From positions 27,162,517 to 27,226,516 of the forward strand of contig CM119265.1 in the NCBI GenBank assembly GCA_051294375.1: a stretch of 64,000 nt of DNA, read 5' to 3'. Position 1 is the stretch's first letter. The number at the start of each line of letters is the position of its first letter. This DNA is from Paraspadella gotoi. Lineage: Eukaryota > Animalia > Chaetognatha. Shown in pieces: positions 61,001-64,000 of the stretch. A program made the translations under genes and the position numbers. The notes under the pieces are model-generated. The model ran no database searches, was not told where the DNA came from, and worked only from the letters and a program-made list of their open reading frames with translations.

Positions 61001-64000
61001 CAACAACAACAACAACGACGACGAACCTGTAGTAATCGCTCTCGCCGACTCGACGCGTCATCCCGAAGTCGGCGATCTTGACGGTCTTGGCCTCGTCGAC
61101 GAGACAGTTGCGGGCGGCGAGGTCGCGATGGACGCAGTTGATGGAATTGAGGTAGGAGAGTCCCTCGGCGATGTCGAGCGCCATTCGAGTCAGACGTCGA
61201 CGAGAGACGTCGGAGGATTCTGGCTCGTGGCCGGTGATCACCGCCTTGAGAAAGAGAGAGAGAGAGAAAAAAAGAATAAAAAGTTTCTATTTTAGTAATT
61301 TATATTTTAGTAATAGTTAAGTTAGTATCTACCTGCGTGACCAAGGATCGACGTGAGAGCAAAAACGTTCTCACGTCTCCGTGGATCATGAATTCCATGA
61401 CGGTGAGGATCTGGGAGAGGGGGTTGTCGTTGATTTTATTAATCAATTATTATTTTTGAAGTGCAGTTAATTATTGTTAATTATTATCGCACCTGATCGG
61501 CTGGTCTGTCCGACCTCGTACAAACTCCGAACAATTTGACGATGTTGCGGTGCGACAATTGCTTCATCATCTGAAAAACGGAGACGAGTTTAAAGAGAGA
61601 CCTCACCCTTTCAATCTGACTTAACTTACCTGCGCCTCGTAAAGAAAGTCGACCTTCTCCTCGGTCGTGGCGCAGTGGGGAAGAGTCTTGACGGCGACGG
61701 CGACCCAGTGGGCGCCGAGCAACGCCTCTCCGCCGTAAACTGTTGGGAGAGAATCGGCACAAAGTCAGGAGCCAAACGGCACCGCTCTAGATTCACTTAA
61801 GCATTAAGTAATACTGTTAAACTATAAAATTAATCTTCCTATCAGTTGATATATCAATTACTTAATACTTATTACTACTTTAAAAATTATCCATTCATTT
61901 TATTTTATCATATATGACAATTCAAGACCATAAAATGACATAACTGAATTCACGCGGATTCAAAAACAAAACGACTATATGCAAATGAGATTAACGAATT
62001 TTCCAATTCTAATAACCCCGACTCCCTCTCTTCCAGCCCCACCCCGCGCACCTGTCCCGAACGCCCCTCTTCCCAGCGTCCGGTTCATGACGACGTTTTG
62101 TCGCGGCATCTCCCAATCGTCGAGCTCGAGCCAAGTATTCGGCTCCACCCAACCCAGTTTGTGCTTCTCTGAAATCGGAAATTTAATCGAGAGAAATTCA
62201 CGAGTTTTAAAATTAAATAACTGTTGTAGCAACTGGAGATCTCTCGCGCTCTCTCGGTCTGCCGAAAGAGATTTTCGCATTCGTCGATATTCCTTCTCTC
62301 TGCACGTTTGCCTTTTCCTCATTAAAAATCTACCCAATTACCCATGTGGTGTTAAGATATGTAACCATGTCCATTTTATTTTTTAAATTGCCGTTGTTGC
62401 AATAATAATAATAATAATAAAAATTAAATTAAATTAAAACATCTCTGATCAACCTTCGACCGGTATTGACATCCACACCCACGACTGTCCTCACCAGTCT
62501 CTCGCCGCAACCGGCGCAGGTTGCGGTAGAAGCAGACGAAGATTCCGGCGATGGCAACGATGACGACGATGACGACGAAGATGTTGAGGAAGATGATGGT
62601 GTTGGGGCATCCCGGGTCGCGGGGATCGTCGAGGTCGAACCACTCGTCCAGCGGAGAGATCGGACATTCCTTCTCCTTCGGTAGATGAGAGTGGAAGCGG
62701 GAATCGGAGTGAGAAAAGGATCGAAATCGAGACTACTACCGACCGACCGACCTTGAGTAAATCGACGATGGGCGAATGACCTCTGGGCCAACGAATGGCT
62801 CGCTGATCGTCGCCCTTGTCAACGTAGACGACGAGGGACTCTCTCGAGGACGCGTTGTTGTTGTTGTTGTTTTTGTGGCGAGAAAGAGAGTGGGGGAATT
62901 TGTATCGAGCGACTTTGTAATTGTTTGTGGTTTTTTCGTCCTCGATGATCGTCTGCTCGATGAAGACGAGAGTCGCCCGACGATCGGAGGAAACGTCTCC
63001 CTCCGATTGGGGGGACTTGAATGAGAAGAGACAATTAGTTTTTATTATTATTATTATTATTANNNNNNNNNNTATTATTATTATTATTATTATTATGGTA
63101 CGATCAATCAAGACTCATTCACAGTCTCGTTTATTTACTGCCATTGTACCTGGCTTCCCTATCAATGAAGTGGTATAATATTTATTTATAATATTATAAA
63201 TATTATATTATATATATTATACTATTAACAAATAAATAAAATAAGTTATTTTAAATCTAAAAAATAAAAATAATAAAAATGGTGAAACAAGTAATTTCGC
63301 ATCTTTCATTATATTATATTATACTTTATAATATAATATTACATAAGCGGAAACTATGCAACGGTAAAGTTTTAAAGTTATACTAAGTTTTTTAATAAAT
63401 TGCGACTAATCACAAAGAAAAGAACCCCTCACCATTTGCACTCACCCATTCCGCCTCGCTCATCGCCCTCTCTTTCCTCTTTCCCTCCTTCCCGCTCTTC
63501 CTTTCCTCCCCTTCCTTTCCTCCTCCTCCTCCCCCTCCTCTTTCCCGCGCATCGAAGGCAACCTCTCCCGACAACCCACGAAACTTGATCCTCTTCAAAA
63601 ACGCGACGAGGCGTTCGGTGCTCCCCTTGGAATGAATGCGCTCTCGACGGAGGGCGTTGGGCCCGAATTGTCGCTGGTACGCGTCGAGAGCTTTGGCGTA
63701 GACCCAGGTGGCGTCGTAGGCGTAGGCGGCCCATTTGGATTCGGCGATTGGCGGCGATCCGTGAAGGGCGCGTCGCTGGTTGACCTCCTTGATTTTTTTC
63801 CGGTACTCTTCTTTTAAGTCGCCAACCTTGAAAGATTAAAAGGAAATGAGGGGGTGACATAATTGTTTAATAATATTACAATTATTGAATAATTATCATT
63901 TATTCGCCGGCTAACCTTTGTTCCCTTCTTCGTCTTCGGAACGTCGACCTCCGAATCCAATTCAGCGTAGAAGGCGTTGGTAATCTTGAGGCTCCCGCTG
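58093..64000 (-). CDS. VKR: Venus kinase receptor (GABA-B-like Venus-flytrap ectodomain + TM + insulin-receptor-like tyrosine kinase); 5' end off the window
   Basis: VFT motifs [15 protein letters not shown] and [12 protein letters not shown]; Cys-flanked juxtamembrane then [27 protein letters not shown]; kinase [23 protein letters not shown]|[44 protein letters not shown]; tail exons to the stop at 58093. Confidence 0.85.

Overview
Compact, gene-dense genomic DNA from an invertebrate animal. Exons are GC/CpG-rich, spliceosomal introns are short and AT-rich, and there are several small N gaps and probable homopolymer/indel errors. By manual exon stitching I recognise 17 protein-coding genes, all on the minus strand, head-to-tail, and mostly 150-550 bp apart. 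In transcription order they are: Venus kinase receptor (partial), FITM2, RBM34, DECR1, TMCO4, a TPR-ankyrin-MYND protein, a divergent RO60, a TDRD5-like LOTUS/Tudor protein, MDM1, clarin, a Lys-rich orphan, AATF, a MYND-HAUS1 fusion, an Sfi1-repeat protein, B9D2, TBC1D22 and ATP8A (partial). Many start codons are preceded by an apparently unpaired 3' splice acceptor, so the window may be a long polycistronic/operon-like unit resolved by trans-splicing (inference). Several proteins have unusual architecture: MYND-HAUS1, TDRD5 with an extra C-terminal eLOTUS plus RGG tail, RO60 lacking its MIDAS, and DECR1 ending in -SKL. Repeats include two tRNA-Gly-like SINE families with structured 3' domains, a palindromic MITE family, an inverted duplication of RO60 exons and a recurrent intronic octamer-containing motif. 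All family assignments come from recognised motifs, not database searches; exon limits are approximate.
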